A stretch of DNA of 64,000 nucleotides, taken from NCBI GenBank assembly GCA_041178085.1, contig JBEGVZ010000104.1, forward strand, positions 1 through 64,000, in the 5' to 3' direction. The position numbers and the translations under genes were made by a program. A model generated the notes under the pieces. That model worked only from the letters and a program-made list of their open reading frames with translations, was not told the DNA's origin and searched no databases. Of this stretch, positions 32,993-43,188 are shown one piece after another (the first letter of the stretch is position 1; every line of letters starts with the position of its first letter). This DNA comes from Pseudomonadota bacterium. Lineage in GTDB: Bacteria > Bdellovibrionota_B > Oligoflexia > Oligoflexales > RGVZ01.

Positions 32993-34641
32993 AGTATTTC
33001 CTTCTATACGTCTGCACCGCGACAAGGGTGGAAGCCACCAAAGCGGCGCTCGCGCGGCTGGAGGCCAAGCCCGTTGAGTCCGCATTCGTGCGTGCTCCCA
33101 CCTGGGAGATTGACCACCCGCTGCTGCAGGGCAGGCTGCTGGAAGTCACCATGCTCTCCGATCTGGACGGCATCACGCCGCACTTGCGCCATTTCCCAGT
33201 CGACTTGCTGATCTATGACGAACGCCCCATGGGCGAAGAGAAAGCGGTCGAAGCCCGGGCCGCGATCAGCAAGATCCGGGACGACGTGGCGGCATTTGCC
33301 GAGCTTTGGGGTCCAGATTTCCTGTTCCCGATGAGCCGGGTGGTTGCCATCCTGCGCAGTGATGCGAAAGACATGCAGCCCGGGGACCGCCAGGCGGACG
33401 TATCCCGAAGCCTTGAACTTGGCCGCGTCCAAGTCCGGGACGTGATCATCGATCCACCGCGCACAGCTCAGCTTCTTCGCTGGATCTTCCGTGTGATCGA
33501 AAGCCGGCACACAGATCCCCTGAAAGAACCGGCAAAAACATCGGACTCAAAGGATCAAGGGCGTCCGCGCGCGGGGATCGCATTCAGCGGCGGTGGACTT
33601 GAAGGCTTTCTTTTCCAGACCGGTTGCCTGCACGCCCTCGAGCAAGCGTTGGATACGAAAAATGGCCGGGACCTGCGCGATTCCGGGGTTTACTCGGGTG
33701 TCAGCAGCGGTTCAATCATGGCCGCGATGACAGCAGGCGGCGTGCCGACCGAAGAAGTGATCAAGGCGCTGCACGGCAAGTCCGAAAGGCTGCCACCACT
33801 GAGCAGCAAGATCCTCTTCGATGTCGCAGGAATGGACATTGCAAAGCGCATTGGTTTTGAATCCTTGTCATGGTCTGGGCTGGATCCCCAAAAATGGGTC
33901 AACAAGATTTTCCGTGCCTTTCCCACTGGATTTTTCAAGGGTGAAGCGCTGAAAAATTACTTCAAGGAAGCGATCGAGGCATACAAGTTCAAGGATTCGT
34001 TCACCGCCAACACCGATCGCAACAGCGAATTGTATATCGGCGCAACTGATCAGGATTCGTTTGAACACGTCGTGTTTGGCAAGGCACCCTGGGAAGACGT
34101 AAGCATCTCAGAAGCCCTTCGCGCCTCATGTGCACTCCCGCCATTTTTCATGCCGGCAAAAGTCAAAGACCGTTGGTTTGTCGACGGCCAGATCACCAAA
34201 TCCTGCAACGTAGACTTGCTGATCGAGCGCGGATGCCAGCTGGTTTTCATCGTGGATCCCCTGAAACCTTATGGAACTCTGGTACCCGGTTCCGTGGATA
34301 AGCTGGGCGGCATCTATTCGACCATCCAGGCGATCAAAGCCCTGGTCTCGACGCGCTTTCACATCACCCTGATGCACTTGACGGAACGTTACCCGGACGT
34401 CGACTTCATCGTCTTCCAACCGGACGAGGAATGCGCCGAATTGATGTCGGGTTCGCCAATGCGCTACCGGATCCGCACGCGGATCGTGCAACTGGCATAC
34501 GAACACACGATGCGCCAACTGCGCGAACGCCACCAGGTCTACCAGACCAAACTGGAAAAATACGGCTTCAAGCTGCACCCGGTCATGAGGCTCCTGGAAC
34601 TGGAAAGGGACAATGCCAAGTTTTTCAAGTCCCTTGATTAA
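32989..34641 (+). CDS. Patatin-like phospholipase with N-terminal receiver-like domain
   Basis: SGGG, GVSSG nucleophile, ASCALP, DG motifs; N-terminal PVDLLIYDE. Confidence 0.85.
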   Translation: MKYFLLYVCTATRVEATKAALARLEAKPVESAFVRAPTWEIDHPLLQGRLLEVTMLSDLDGITPHLRHFPVDLLIYDERPMGEEKAVEARAAISKIRDDVAAFAELWGPDFLFPMSRVVAILRSDAKDMQPGDRQADVSRSLELGRVQVRDVIIDPPRTAQLLRWIFRVIESRHTDPLKEPAKTSDSKDQGRPRAGIAFSGGGLEGFLFQTGCLHALEQALDTKNGRDLRDSGVYSGVSSGSIMAAMTAGGVPTEEVIKALHGKSERLPPLSSKILFDVAGMDIAKRIGFESLSWSGLDPQKWVNKIFRAFPTGFFKGEALKNYFKEAIEAYKFKDSFTANTDRNSELYIGATDQDSFEHVVFGKAPWEDVSISEALRASCALPPFFMPAKVKDRWFVDGQITKSCNVDLLIERGCQLVFIVDPLKPYGTLVPGSVDKLGGIYSTIQAIKALVSTRFHITLMHLTERYPDVDFIVFQPDEECAELMSGSPMRYRIRTRIVQLAYEHTMRQLRERHQVYQTKLEKYGFKLHPVMRLLELERDNAKFFKSLD

Positions 34642-35365
34642 GGGGCGCCTCCTTCGTCGCTACAAGAGATTCTTTGCCGATGTGGAATTGATCGATGCCC
34701 ACCCAGGCATGGATCCGTCGGCGCGTGACGGAACGCCTCCCGTCGTCGTCGCACACTGTGCCAATACCGGAACGATGAAAACCTGTGCTGATCCCGGCAG
34801 TACGGTTTACCTGTCGTGGAATCCCGACCCCAGGCGCAAGCTACATTTCACCTGGGAGTACACTGAAATCCCTGGTGGGGGCTTGATCGGCGTCAACACC
34901 GGGCGCCCCAATCAAATTGTCGCAGAGGCAATCACTGAAGGGCGCATCCCTGCCCTTTCTGGATACTCAAATTTGCGCAGAGAAGCCCCGATCAGCAAGC
35001 AGTCGCGTTGCGATATCCTTCTTGACCGCGATGGCAGCGGCAGGGAACTGTGTGTGATCGAAATCAAGAACACGACTTTGAAAATTGACCAATGCGTTGC
35101 CTTTCCGGACGCCGTTACCGAGCGGGGACTGAAACACCTGCACGAATTGCAACGGCTTGCCAGCGAAGGCGTCCGCAGCGTGATGCTGTTTCTTGTGAAT
35201 CGCCCGGACGGCCAGGTTTTCCGCGCCGCTGACGAGATTGATCCGCGCTATGCCAGCGCCCTGCGGGATGCGGCAAAGGCAGGCGTCGAAGTCATGGCCT
35301 GGCGCAGTACAAACACCCTCGCGGGGATGGAAGTCGGCCGCGAGGTTCAGGTTTCGCTCGATTGA
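34613..35365 (+). CDS. sfsA: Sugar fermentation stimulation protein A (PD-(D/E)xK nuclease-like)
   Basis: RRYKRFFADV, AHCANTGTM, SRCD, IEIKN, FPDAVTERGLKHL. Confidence 0.95.
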   Translation: MPSFSSPLIKGRLLRRYKRFFADVELIDAHPGMDPSARDGTPPVVVAHCANTGTMKTCADPGSTVYLSWNPDPRRKLHFTWEYTEIPGGGLIGVNTGRPNQIVAEAITEGRIPALSGYSNLRREAPISKQSRCDILLDRDGSGRELCVIEIKNTTLKIDQCVAFPDAVTERGLKHLHELQRLASEGVRSVMLFLVNRPDGQVFRAADEIDPRYASALRDAAKAGVEVMAWRSTNTLAGMEVGREVQVSLD

Positions 35366-35388
35366 CCAACAGGACAGGAGTCGCCCAC

Positions 35389-36051
35389 ATGCCCGGAAAG
35401 ATCAAACAACCCACACTGACCCTGTACCATTACTGGCGTTCATCGAGTTCGTGGCGTGTTCGCTGGGGCCTGAAAATCAAGCGTCTGGATTATCGGGATG
35501 TGCCGGTGAACCTGCTCGCTGATGCGCAAAAGTCGCCGGACTACCTGAAAGCCAACCCGGCTGGCCTGGTGCCTGCGATTGAAGTAGACGGCAAGTGTTT
35601 TGGTGAGTCGCTGGCGATCCTGGAATGGCTCGATGAAACATGGCCAGAGCCGGCTCTGTTGCCAAAAGACCCGCTGGGCAGGATGCACGTCCGCCAACTT
35701 GCCCTGCAAATCGCCTGCAACACCCAGCCAGTACAAAACCTTTCCGTGATGCGCATGCATAGCCAGGACCAGACAGCCCAGCGCGCATGGGCGCAGCATT
35801 GGATTGCGAAAGGCCTCGATGGCTATGAGAAAATGCTGACCGCGGGCCAGCCCGGGAAGTTCAGCCACGGCGATCAGGTGACGATGGCTGACCTGTGCCT
35901 TGTTCCGCAGGTTTACAATGCCAAAAGGTTTGATGTCGATGTCGCGCGCTGGCCAATTCTGGAAGGCATTGCAGCACGCTGCATGGAATTGCCGGAATGC
36001 AAGGCCGCCCACCCTGACAAACAGCCGGGCGCCATCCTGGTCAGTTCTTGA
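35389..36051 (+). CDS. maiA: Maleylacetoacetate isomerase (GST zeta)
   Basis: YWRSSSSWRVR, NPAGLVP, ESLAILEWL, QPVQNL, ADLCLVPQVYNA, AHPDKQP; AGGAG RBS. Confidence 0.92.
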   Translation: MPGKIKQPTLTLYHYWRSSSSWRVRWGLKIKRLDYRDVPVNLLADAQKSPDYLKANPAGLVPAIEVDGKCFGESLAILEWLDETWPEPALLPKDPLGRMHVRQLALQIACNTQPVQNLSVMRMHSQDQTAQRAWAQHWIAKGLDGYEKMLTAGQPGKFSHGDQVTMADLCLVPQVYNAKRFDVDVARWPILEGIAARCMELPECKAAHPDKQPGAILVSS

Positions 36052-38419
36052 TGACCTTTGCCAACAGAAAATCCAGGTACGGCGTCTGGGGCTTTGCAGT
36101 CACATACCAGCGCTTGTAGTAGAAGTAATTGCGCATGATCAGTTTCACGTAGTTCCGGGTTTCCTGGTACGGAATCCGCTCAACGGCAATGAGAGGGTCG
36201 TCGAAGGGGATTTCCCGGGACCATTTATCTGCAGCTGATGGGCTGGCGTTGTATGCAGACAACATCAGCACTGGGTTTTTGAAATTTGCCATCAACCGAT
36301 GAACGTGGTGAACACCCAGGGCGACGTTGAGCTCGGGGTCGTTGAGGTTGTTCCTGTCACGCATGGCGCGGGCCAATTTCTCTCGCTTTTCTGGCCCGAC
36401 ATAACCGCGGGACAGCTTTTGCATTTCACCCCTCGCAGTAGCCGGCATGAGCTGCATAAGGCCCGTCGCGCCCACCGGGGACTGTGCCTTGGGGTTGAAC
36501 ACGCTTTCCTGACGGATGATGGCAAAAATGAAGTCAGGATCCACGCCCAGGCGACGGGAATAATCGTGCACCAGGTTTTCGTGGTCACGGGGGAAGAAGA
36601 TTCGCTCGAATCCGGCAGGCAAGGCATTACGGTATGCGCGCGGCAAGCTATCCATCAACTTTATGGCGTCAAGCCACTCCTTGCCTGAGTACAATGCCAT
36701 CGCCCGCGAAGCTGTCTGATCCGGATCAGCTTCATTGGTGGCAACCTCACGCAATTCGCAAATTGCCTCTGATGACAGGCCCGCACGCAAAAGGCCAGCA
36801 ATACGGACCATGGTCGACCGGTCTTCACCGCTAAATGGTTCAAAAAGGAAATCAGCACTGAAGCGCGGTGTGCGCGAAGGTTCAATCACATATTTTTTGT
36901 TCGTCGTCCGCTCATGCATCACGTGGCCAAGGACACCGTAGTAAGTGGAGTAAAGTTCCGACGACAAGCGACGCCAGTTGTGCAAGGCAAGGTCGTGACG
37001 CTTCAGGGCCGCCTGCGTACGCCCTGACCAAAACAACGAAAAACCCAGCAGGGACGCTGACTTTTTTGCCGCGGGCAACATGTCCTGCTTGCGGATGACG
37101 GAGGACAAGGATTCAATGATTTCCTTGTGTTCGCCGTCCTCAAAACGCATCAAGGTCAGCGCGGTCAGTGCAGGCTCAAAATTTTCGTGATTGGGATATC
37201 TGGCCACGTACCCGGCATACAGCTCCTTGGCCTCTTTGCGTTCGCGGTTGTCATCCAGGATCCGGGCCAGGAGAAAAGTCGCCTCATCGTGCCGCGCGTC
37301 ATCCTTTGCCGCCTTTGCCTCATCCCGGAATTGCCTGGCTAAAGCTTTGGCTTCCTCCATCTGGTCAGCATTCCAGTAAAGCGACGCCATGCGCTGCAAG
37401 GCACCAGCCTTCCCAGGGAACCCGAAAATCTTTTCCAGCCGGGGCATGGCTGAAGTCCAGAATGCAATCGCAGGTTGCACGCCACGGCGACGCAAACAAC
37501 GGCCTATGTTCTGGCCAGCAGACAGTAAATCCTCGACGACACCTGCTGATTTGGATCCACCAAAGAACGAATCTTCCTTTTCCAGAACGTCGTTGAAAAG
37601 GGTTGCTGCCTCCTTACAACGACCGTCCTTGACTTCTTCCTTGATGCGAACAAGTGGCTTGCGCGTCTTGTCACCGGAAATCCCCTCAACCAGGCCAGCG
37701 AGCCAGGAATGGCGCGCCATGGCGGGTTCGATTTCCCCCACCACCGGAGCGATGGCTGGTTTCAACGCGTCCCTGCGGGGCCCAGAAAGATTCGAGAAAA
37801 AGACGTCGTATGCCTGACGACGATAGGCACCGAACCTGAAATCCCGGATCCTGGTGAACGAAGACACCAGTTCAGCATCACTCATCCGATCGAGGCGCTC
37901 CCGGGCGATAGACTTCAGGAACACCCGGCGACCTGGGCAGCTGCGCGGCGAGACATCAAGAAGCATCGACTCGAAGCGGTTGACTTCTGAATCAGGGATG
38001 AATCCCCTCACGACCAGAGCCTGGATGATATAAGGCAACATCGGATGAACTGCGCGCGCTTCTTTTTTCGCAATCGCGACTTCCTGATCGACAGCCGCGC
38101 CAATTTCCTGGATCCGCGAACCCTTGATGATCCCGGGACCGCGCTGTAACTCGACAAAAAGCCGCATGAGCTTGTCACCACTGGCGGCCAGCTTCTGGTA
38201 CCGGGGTTCGTCGAGCAAAGGGACTTGAAGTTGGTCGACATGATCACCGAGCCAGCTCTTGAGGTCAGGGTCGACCTGAGGGCCAGTGCGTGAATCAAGT
38301 TGTGGAGGATAGTGCTCCGGCAAGACTGCTCCGGCCGAGGCGGACGGAAGCAACACAAGCGGCAGACAGACAAGCAAACCGACCGGATTGGTCACTGGAA
38401 ACCGGCGACTCACAGACAC
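36041..38419 (-). CDS. slt: Soluble lytic murein transglycosylase with TPR-like helical domain
   Basis: Signal peptide; IRQES, ATGLMQLMP, AYNA, ETRNYV motifs. Confidence 0.9.
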   Translation of the reverse strand: MSVSRRFPVTNPVGLLVCLPLVLLPSASAGAVLPEHYPPQLDSRTGPQVDPDLKSWLGDHVDQLQVPLLDEPRYQKLAASGDKLMRLFVELQRGPGIIKGSRIQEIGAAVDQEVAIAKKEARAVHPMLPYIIQALVVRGFIPDSEVNRFESMLLDVSPRSCPGRRVFLKSIARERLDRMSDAELVSSFTRIRDFRFGAYRRQAYDVFFSNLSGPRRDALKPAIAPVVGEIEPAMARHSWLAGLVEGISGDKTRKPLVRIKEEVKDGRCKEAATLFNDVLEKEDSFFGGSKSAGVVEDLLSAGQNIGRCLRRRGVQPAIAFWTSAMPRLEKIFGFPGKAGALQRMASLYWNADQMEEAKALARQFRDEAKAAKDDARHDEATFLLARILDDNRERKEAKELYAGYVARYPNHENFEPALTALTLMRFEDGEHKEIIESLSSVIRKQDMLPAAKKSASLLGFSLFWSGRTQAALKRHDLALHNWRRLSSELYSTYYGVLGHVMHERTTNKKYVIEPSRTPRFSADFLFEPFSGEDRSTMVRIAGLLRAGLSSEAICELREVATNEADPDQTASRAMALYSGKEWLDAIKLMDSLPRAYRNALPAGFERIFFPRDHENLVHDYSRRLGVDPDFIFAIIRQESVFNPKAQSPVGATGLMQLMPATARGEMQKLSRGYVGPEKREKLARAMRDRNNLNDPELNVALGVHHVHRLMANFKNPVLMLSAYNASPSAADKWSREIPFDDPLIAVERIPYQETRNYVKLIMRNYFYYKRWYVTAKPQTPYLDFLLAKVIKN

Positions 38420-38429
38420 TCACTCCTGC

Positions 38430-39149
38430 TCAGCGATTCTGGCCAGCCCGCCTGATCGGGGTAACGTCCCCCATCGTAGCACAAGAAGCCGATCCGGTCG
38501 CCGGAAGGTTGAGCTGAGGTTGCAATGCCAAGGTACGAATCTGGAGGGTTTCGGACTCCATCAGGAGGTCTCTCAACAGAGGCTCGAAGCGGTTCAACAT
38601 GACCTTTGCGCAGGCTTTCCAGTCGGACTGGCTGCGAGCAAGGGAGAAAGAAGCAAGGTTCTGGTCCAGAAGACGGCCAATCCCCGCGACCGGACCGGGA
38701 TCGATGGTATCGCTGCCAGGCAGCCCACCAAGGAGCCCGTGAACGTGATTGATGAGATCCACGACCAGACGGACATCTTCCTGCAATATGCCAAGCTCTG
38801 GCAGACGCTCCGCAGGCCTGCTTTGCCAGGAGTGCACAGCGAGTCCCTTGAGGGTCCCCAGCACAGCTGCCGCGAGGGAGTGGATGGAATCCAAGGTCTG
38901 GGCTGCAAGCGTCGAGGGTGAATCGACCTGGAACTCGAGGCGAGAACCAGCCTGCAACGGTTGCGATCCCGCCGCCCTGGACAAACCATTTTCGCCATAC
39001 TCCATGACGTTGTTGTCCAGCACTATGCGAGTCACAAAGCTGCCAGCAGGCACCAGCGTGGACTCAACCCAGGCGATTGCCTGGGCCAGATCCAGCACCG
39101 GAACCGGCACGGGAACAACGCGGTTATTGACCAAGATTCGCTTGAGCAT
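38430..39149 (-). CDS. Hypothetical protein
   Basis: ATG 39149 (MLKRILVNN) follows the glycosyltransferase stop; mostly helical C-terminal half. Confidence 0.7.
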   Translation of the reverse strand: MLKRILVNNRVVPVPVPVLDLAQAIAWVESTLVPAGSFVTRIVLDNNVMEYGENGLSRAAGSQPLQAGSRLEFQVDSPSTLAAQTLDSIHSLAAAVLGTLKGLAVHSWQSRPAERLPELGILQEDVRLVVDLINHVHGLLGGLPGSDTIDPGPVAGIGRLLDQNLASFSLARSQSDWKACAKVMLNRFEPLLRDLLMESETLQIRTLALQPQLNLPATGSASCATMGDVTPIRRAGQNR

Positions 39150-39165
39150 CGCCCTGATCCCGCCG

Positions 39166-41025
39166 TCACTTCCTCGTAATTTTTTTCGCCCTTGAGGTGT
39201 TGGTGCTGGAAATCTCTGCAACCAGCTCCAGCGCCCGCTCATCCTGCGGATTGGCCTGAAGGATCTTCTGCAGGGCCTCCATGGCTTCCCCTGCCTTGTT
39301 ATTCCTGTAATAAGCGCCAGCAAGGGTGAAGAGCATGTTCCAGTCAAGCGGATGGCGATCGAGGTAGCGGTTGAGCACTGCCTCGAGTTCATTGAACTCA
39401 TTGCGTTCGTACGACACCTTGACCAGCGAGAAGATTGCAGCGGTGTTTTCCGGATTCAGCTCAAGCGACTTGAGCATCCAGTTGGCGGCTTCCTTCAACT
39501 CTCCCATGCCATGGAACGCAAGCCCAAGGCCCAGGTTTGCCATTTCGTCTTCCGGAGAAAGGCTGATCGCTTTCTGGAAGTTGATCACAGCAAGGTCATA
39601 GCTGTTCTTGAGCAATGCAACCGTACCGAGGCCAATGAAGCCCCTTGCACAATAGGGATCCTGCATGGTTGCCTTCAGGTAAGCAGCCTTGCCGGACTCC
39701 GGGTCGCCAAGCTTGGTGAAGGAATCACCGATCAGGCGATGCAAGGTTGCCTCATGATGGGCTGGCAGGGTCTGGGTCTTGAGCATGCCTTCGATGATCT
39801 CAATGGCAGACAAGTATTGCTTGGACTGGACCTTCGCCTCGACTTCCTGAATCTGGATGTCGATCGATCCTTTGCCAACAATTTGCGGCACACTGGAGAT
39901 CCCGTCGAAAACTTCAAACATCTCGTCGGCGACGCGGTTCTTTTCAAACAGCTTGGCTGCGGCCGCCGCATTCTTCTTCACAATGTCGTGGACAATTGCT
40001 TTGGCAGTGACAGCCTTCTCGATTGCTTCAGCAATACTCAACGCGGAACCAGGACAGAAGTCGATCCGGTGCTTGCCGACATATTCCTCGATCACCGGGG
40101 AACGGCTGGCGAGAATCGGAATCCCGGCGGACATCGCTGTGACGATGCGGTAGGGGTCGCCCTCCAGACGGTCGCGACTGGAAAGCGCTGAGCAATACAG
40201 AGCGTCCGTCGCCATCAACACCTTGTTGATCGATTCACGTTCCGGGGCGACATAAACGGCACGCTGATCGATCCCGAGCTGGACAAGGCGCTGGTGCAAC
40301 TCAGTCGCAAAGCTGCCAATTCCACAGAAAACCAGGCGCAAACGGCGTGCGAGTTCGGCGTTGTTATCAACCGCGACCTTGATGCCGTGGGCGAGATCGT
40401 AAAGACCTTCCTCCCACTCCACTTGCCCGATATGAGTGACGACAAATTCACCTTCTGCAATTCCAAGGCTGGCAAGAGCCTTGGCACGGGATTTCGCATC
40501 ACGGTTGATCCGGGTCTCGACCCACGGCCGCATGCTGAAGATGCGAGCATCTTCAACGCCCTCCAGCAGCAACGTCTGGCGTGCAGCTGCAGTTTGAACG
40601 ACGAAGGCGTCGACACAATTCGCCACTTCCTGGCGAATGGCAGAGATCTGCTGAAGGTCCGCCCCTGGAAACGGAACCAGGTTGTCGACCCACGCAACCA
40701 GATGGAAACGCTTGCGCCACTTGGCTTTGACTGCCTGGTAGGCATAGAGCCCAAGGCGCTCCTTGATGACAACGACATCAAACTGCACCAATGTGCTTTC
40801 CAGGCCCGGAAGGTAACCGGGATTGTCGTCGTAATCCTTGAGTGCGATGCACTCAAGGTCTTGGAACCAACTGGTCTGTGTCAAATAACCACAGATTGAT
40901 TCCGAGGCCACGACACGAATATCAAACTTGTCCTTGAGCAGGCGGAACTGGTCGATTTCCTCGACGGTTGGAAGATTGCCGTACACAAGAGCAAGCTTTG
41001 GGCGACGCAATTGTTGTCCACTCAT
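39166..41025 (-). CDS. GT-B (GT4-like) glycosyltransferase fused to TPR repeats
   Basis: HIGQVEWEEG, AMSAGIPILAS; C-terminal TPRs (FQKAISLSP, KSLELNPEN, KILQANPQD); GGAGG RBS. Confidence 0.85.
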   Translation of the reverse strand: MSGQQLRRPKLALVYGNLPTVEEIDQFRLLKDKFDIRVVASESICGYLTQTSWFQDLECIALKDYDDNPGYLPGLESTLVQFDVVVIKERLGLYAYQAVKAKWRKRFHLVAWVDNLVPFPGADLQQISAIRQEVANCVDAFVVQTAAARQTLLLEGVEDARIFSMRPWVETRINRDAKSRAKALASLGIAEGEFVVTHIGQVEWEEGLYDLAHGIKVAVDNNAELARRLRLVFCGIGSFATELHQRLVQLGIDQRAVYVAPERESINKVLMATDALYCSALSSRDRLEGDPYRIVTAMSAGIPILASRSPVIEEYVGKHRIDFCPGSALSIAEAIEKAVTAKAIVHDIVKKNAAAAAKLFEKNRVADEMFEVFDGISSVPQIVGKGSIDIQIQEVEAKVQSKQYLSAIEIIEGMLKTQTLPAHHEATLHRLIGDSFTKLGDPESGKAAYLKATMQDPYCARGFIGLGTVALLKNSYDLAVINFQKAISLSPEDEMANLGLGLAFHGMGELKEAANWMLKSLELNPENTAAIFSLVKVSYERNEFNELEAVLNRYLDRHPLDWNMLFTLAGAYYRNNKAGEAMEALQKILQANPQDERALELVAEISSTNTSRAKKITRK

Positions 41026-41082
41026 GTCGCAGTCTCCTCCGGATGATTTCGCACCATCACTTAAGAAGGGTCAAAACAGGGT

Positions 41083-41487
41083 TCAAACCTCTCGCTCAAC
41101 CACAGGCCGGTCAGTCTGCCCCGACCTGTAATGTCCAATTTTACGGCGGTTCCCCAGGTCCGTGATCACGTCGCGCATCGCTGCCTGTTCCCGCACCAGG
41201 GCGGCCGCCAACTCACTGTCTTGTCGCATCGCCTCGGCGCCAAGAGCTGCCAGCCTCGATTCAAGCTCACCAACCCGCAAGCCCGATGCGCCAAGCCTTT
41301 CATCGTGAACACGGAAGTTGTGCAAAACAAACTTCCTGCGTTCCATCAAGTCCATCGCATCATCCAGGCATCCTGCCGCCAACGCCTGCAGAGCCCGGCC
41401 ACCCAGGTCCACATAGACAGAGAGGGCGTTCACCGCGCTGTCGGCGAGCGGACTCAATTCCAAGTCCTGCAAATTTGCTGGGTTCAT
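41083..41487 (-). CDS. Small helical protein, FliT/FlgN-like chaperone (tentative)
   Basis: Helical pattern LDDAMDLMERR...L and C-terminal RRKIGHYRS resemble flagellar export chaperones. Confidence 0.45.
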   Translation of the reverse strand: MNPANLQDLELSPLADSAVNALSVYVDLGGRALQALAAGCLDDAMDLMERRKFVLHNFRVHDERLGASGLRVGELESRLAALGAEAMRQDSELAAALVREQAAMRDVITDLGNRRKIGHYRSGQTDRPVVEREV

Positions 41488-41496
41488 CTTAGCTAT

Positions 41497-41526
41497 ATTT
41501 TACGCACTTCAGCTTGCCCGTGTCAA
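41497..41526 (-). promoter_or_regulatory. Sigma70-type promoter
   Basis: TTGACA-N18-TAAAAT ending 9 bp before ATG 41487 (very short leader). Confidence 0.55.
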
Positions 41527-41552
41527 AACAGGGCCAGGCCCGGCGCTGGGCG

Positions 41553-42539
41553 TCACATCGTTTGCGTGGAGGGCTGGGACAACGGGCCCTTGACCTGAAT
41601 CTTCAATTCTCCGTTGCGGGCAGCGCCACCAGAGAACGCATCCATCAGAAATCCAAACTTATCTGCCAGGGATTTTTGTAGTTTGACCAAAACCTCAATC
41701 TGAAGTTGGCTCGTGTTCAGGGGAGCCTTGACCGCAATTGACCCAGAGGATGTAAGGGTCAATTCATCTGACTCGAAGCCTGAGCCTTTCTCAATGTTCA
41801 GGATGCCATTGGTCATGGCAGCCTGGATCCCGGCCTTGTTGAACTTCTGGTCAGGCAATCCAAGGGAAGGATCGCTGAGTTTCAACACGGCGTCGACGAA
41901 CTTCAAGTTGACCTTGCCAGTCGACTGCTGCGGCGCGCTGGCATCGATCGAAAAGTCGAGAGCACCGTCGAGTTTCGCCGCCAATCCAATCCCGTTTAGC
42001 ACAGGTGCCAGGAGCGGATTTGCGTCCGGACCAGAAGCGAGGGTACCCAGGGCAAACGCAGCAATCTCGTCAATCTTGAACTTGTTTGCTTCCAACTCAA
42101 CGGCGGAAGGAACCGGATTACCTTTCATCAATCCGCCAACAGGCAAGGCAAGGAACAAGTACAGGTTTGAACTGTCGCCAGTTGAAACTTGTGTATTCAA
42201 CGCCAACTTTCCAGCCAGCAGGTAGACGGGATTCACGGTCACAGAAAGACTCTTGAACTTCAGCGTCTTGGGTTTCGCACCGCCACCTGTGATCGAAACG
42301 TCCCCGGCGCGGAAACCAATCGGCAGCTTGGCACCAAAATCACCCATGGAGATCGACATGCCCGTGAACCGGGATAGTCCGTTTGAGATGGACTCCTTGA
42401 GCATGTCATAGGGAAAGGTGACGACCAGGAAGAAAAAGAAACTAAAAGCGAAAATAGCACCGATGCCGGCGCGACTACCCAATAGTTTCAAAGCCCGTGA
42501 TGGATCAATCATGACGCGCCCCATGACTTCAGCTGCCAA
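41553..42539 (-). CDS. gspN: Type II secretion system protein N
   Basis: N-terminal TM ending TFPYD, beta-rich body, GPLSQP C-terminus; last position in the gsp operon. Confidence 0.8.
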   Translation of the reverse strand: MAAEVMGRVMIDPSRALKLLGSRAGIGAIFAFSFFFFLVVTFPYDMLKESISNGLSRFTGMSISMGDFGAKLPIGFRAGDVSITGGGAKPKTLKFKSLSVTVNPVYLLAGKLALNTQVSTGDSSNLYLFLALPVGGLMKGNPVPSAVELEANKFKIDEIAAFALGTLASGPDANPLLAPVLNGIGLAAKLDGALDFSIDASAPQQSTGKVNLKFVDAVLKLSDPSLGLPDQKFNKAGIQAAMTNGILNIEKGSGFESDELTLTSSGSIAVKAPLNTSQLQIEVLVKLQKSLADKFGFLMDAFSGGAARNGELKIQVKGPLSQPSTQTM

Positions 42540-43188
42540 CCGAATACCCCCTGGCTGTCAACTTCGCATCAAAATACAAACGGGTGCCGAATCGGCCACG
42601 GATCTCAAGGTCCTGGACCCGGATGTAGTTGTTTGCTTTCTCAATCTCGATCAGAAAGTTGAGGAGTTTCGGAATCGAAGTGTTGTTGATGCGCAGGTCC
42701 TTGACCTTGACCTCCTGCATCTTCGCCCCCAGGGGGTTGTCAGCGTCGAGCGGATTCTTCTGGACGTTCAGGCCTTCCAGTTGAATCAAGGTGTCGCGGG
42801 CGACTTTCTCGAAGAACGGCTTCACCTGAAGATCGGATGTCTTGCGCTGTACCTGCTCGACAACCTTCTGGAATCGAGCATCTTCTACGGCGTACTCTGC
42901 CTTGAGTTCCTGCAACTCATGTAACGCAGCAAAGGCGTTATTCAGGTCCGCCTTGAGGGCGTTGACCCGGGAGATATAAATTGCAAATGCGACAACAATG
43001 ACGAAAGCGATCGATCCTGCAACCGCGGCAAGCACACCCACGCGCTGAGCGGGTTCCAGCTTGTAAAAGCTGTCCATAAGGAAATCGAGGCGCTCGTTGT
43101 TTGCCCCGAAAGCCTGCATGCGCAACCGCTCAAGAAGCGTGTTGACGCGTTCCTTGAGCTGTTCAAAGAGTTGTTTCAACTCATTCAT
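42529..43188 (-). CDS. gspM: Type II secretion system protein M-like
   Basis: KLEPAQR followed by TM, coiled coil and LLNFLIEIE ferredoxin-like domain; operon position. Confidence 0.75.
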   Translation of the reverse strand: MNELKQLFEQLKERVNTLLERLRMQAFGANNERLDFLMDSFYKLEPAQRVGVLAAVAGSIAFVIVVAFAIYISRVNALKADLNNAFAALHELQELKAEYAVEDARFQKVVEQVQRKTSDLQVKPFFEKVARDTLIQLEGLNVQKNPLDADNPLGAKMQEVKVKDLRINNTSIPKLLNFLIEIEKANNYIRVQDLEIRGRFGTRLYFDAKLTARGYSVGS

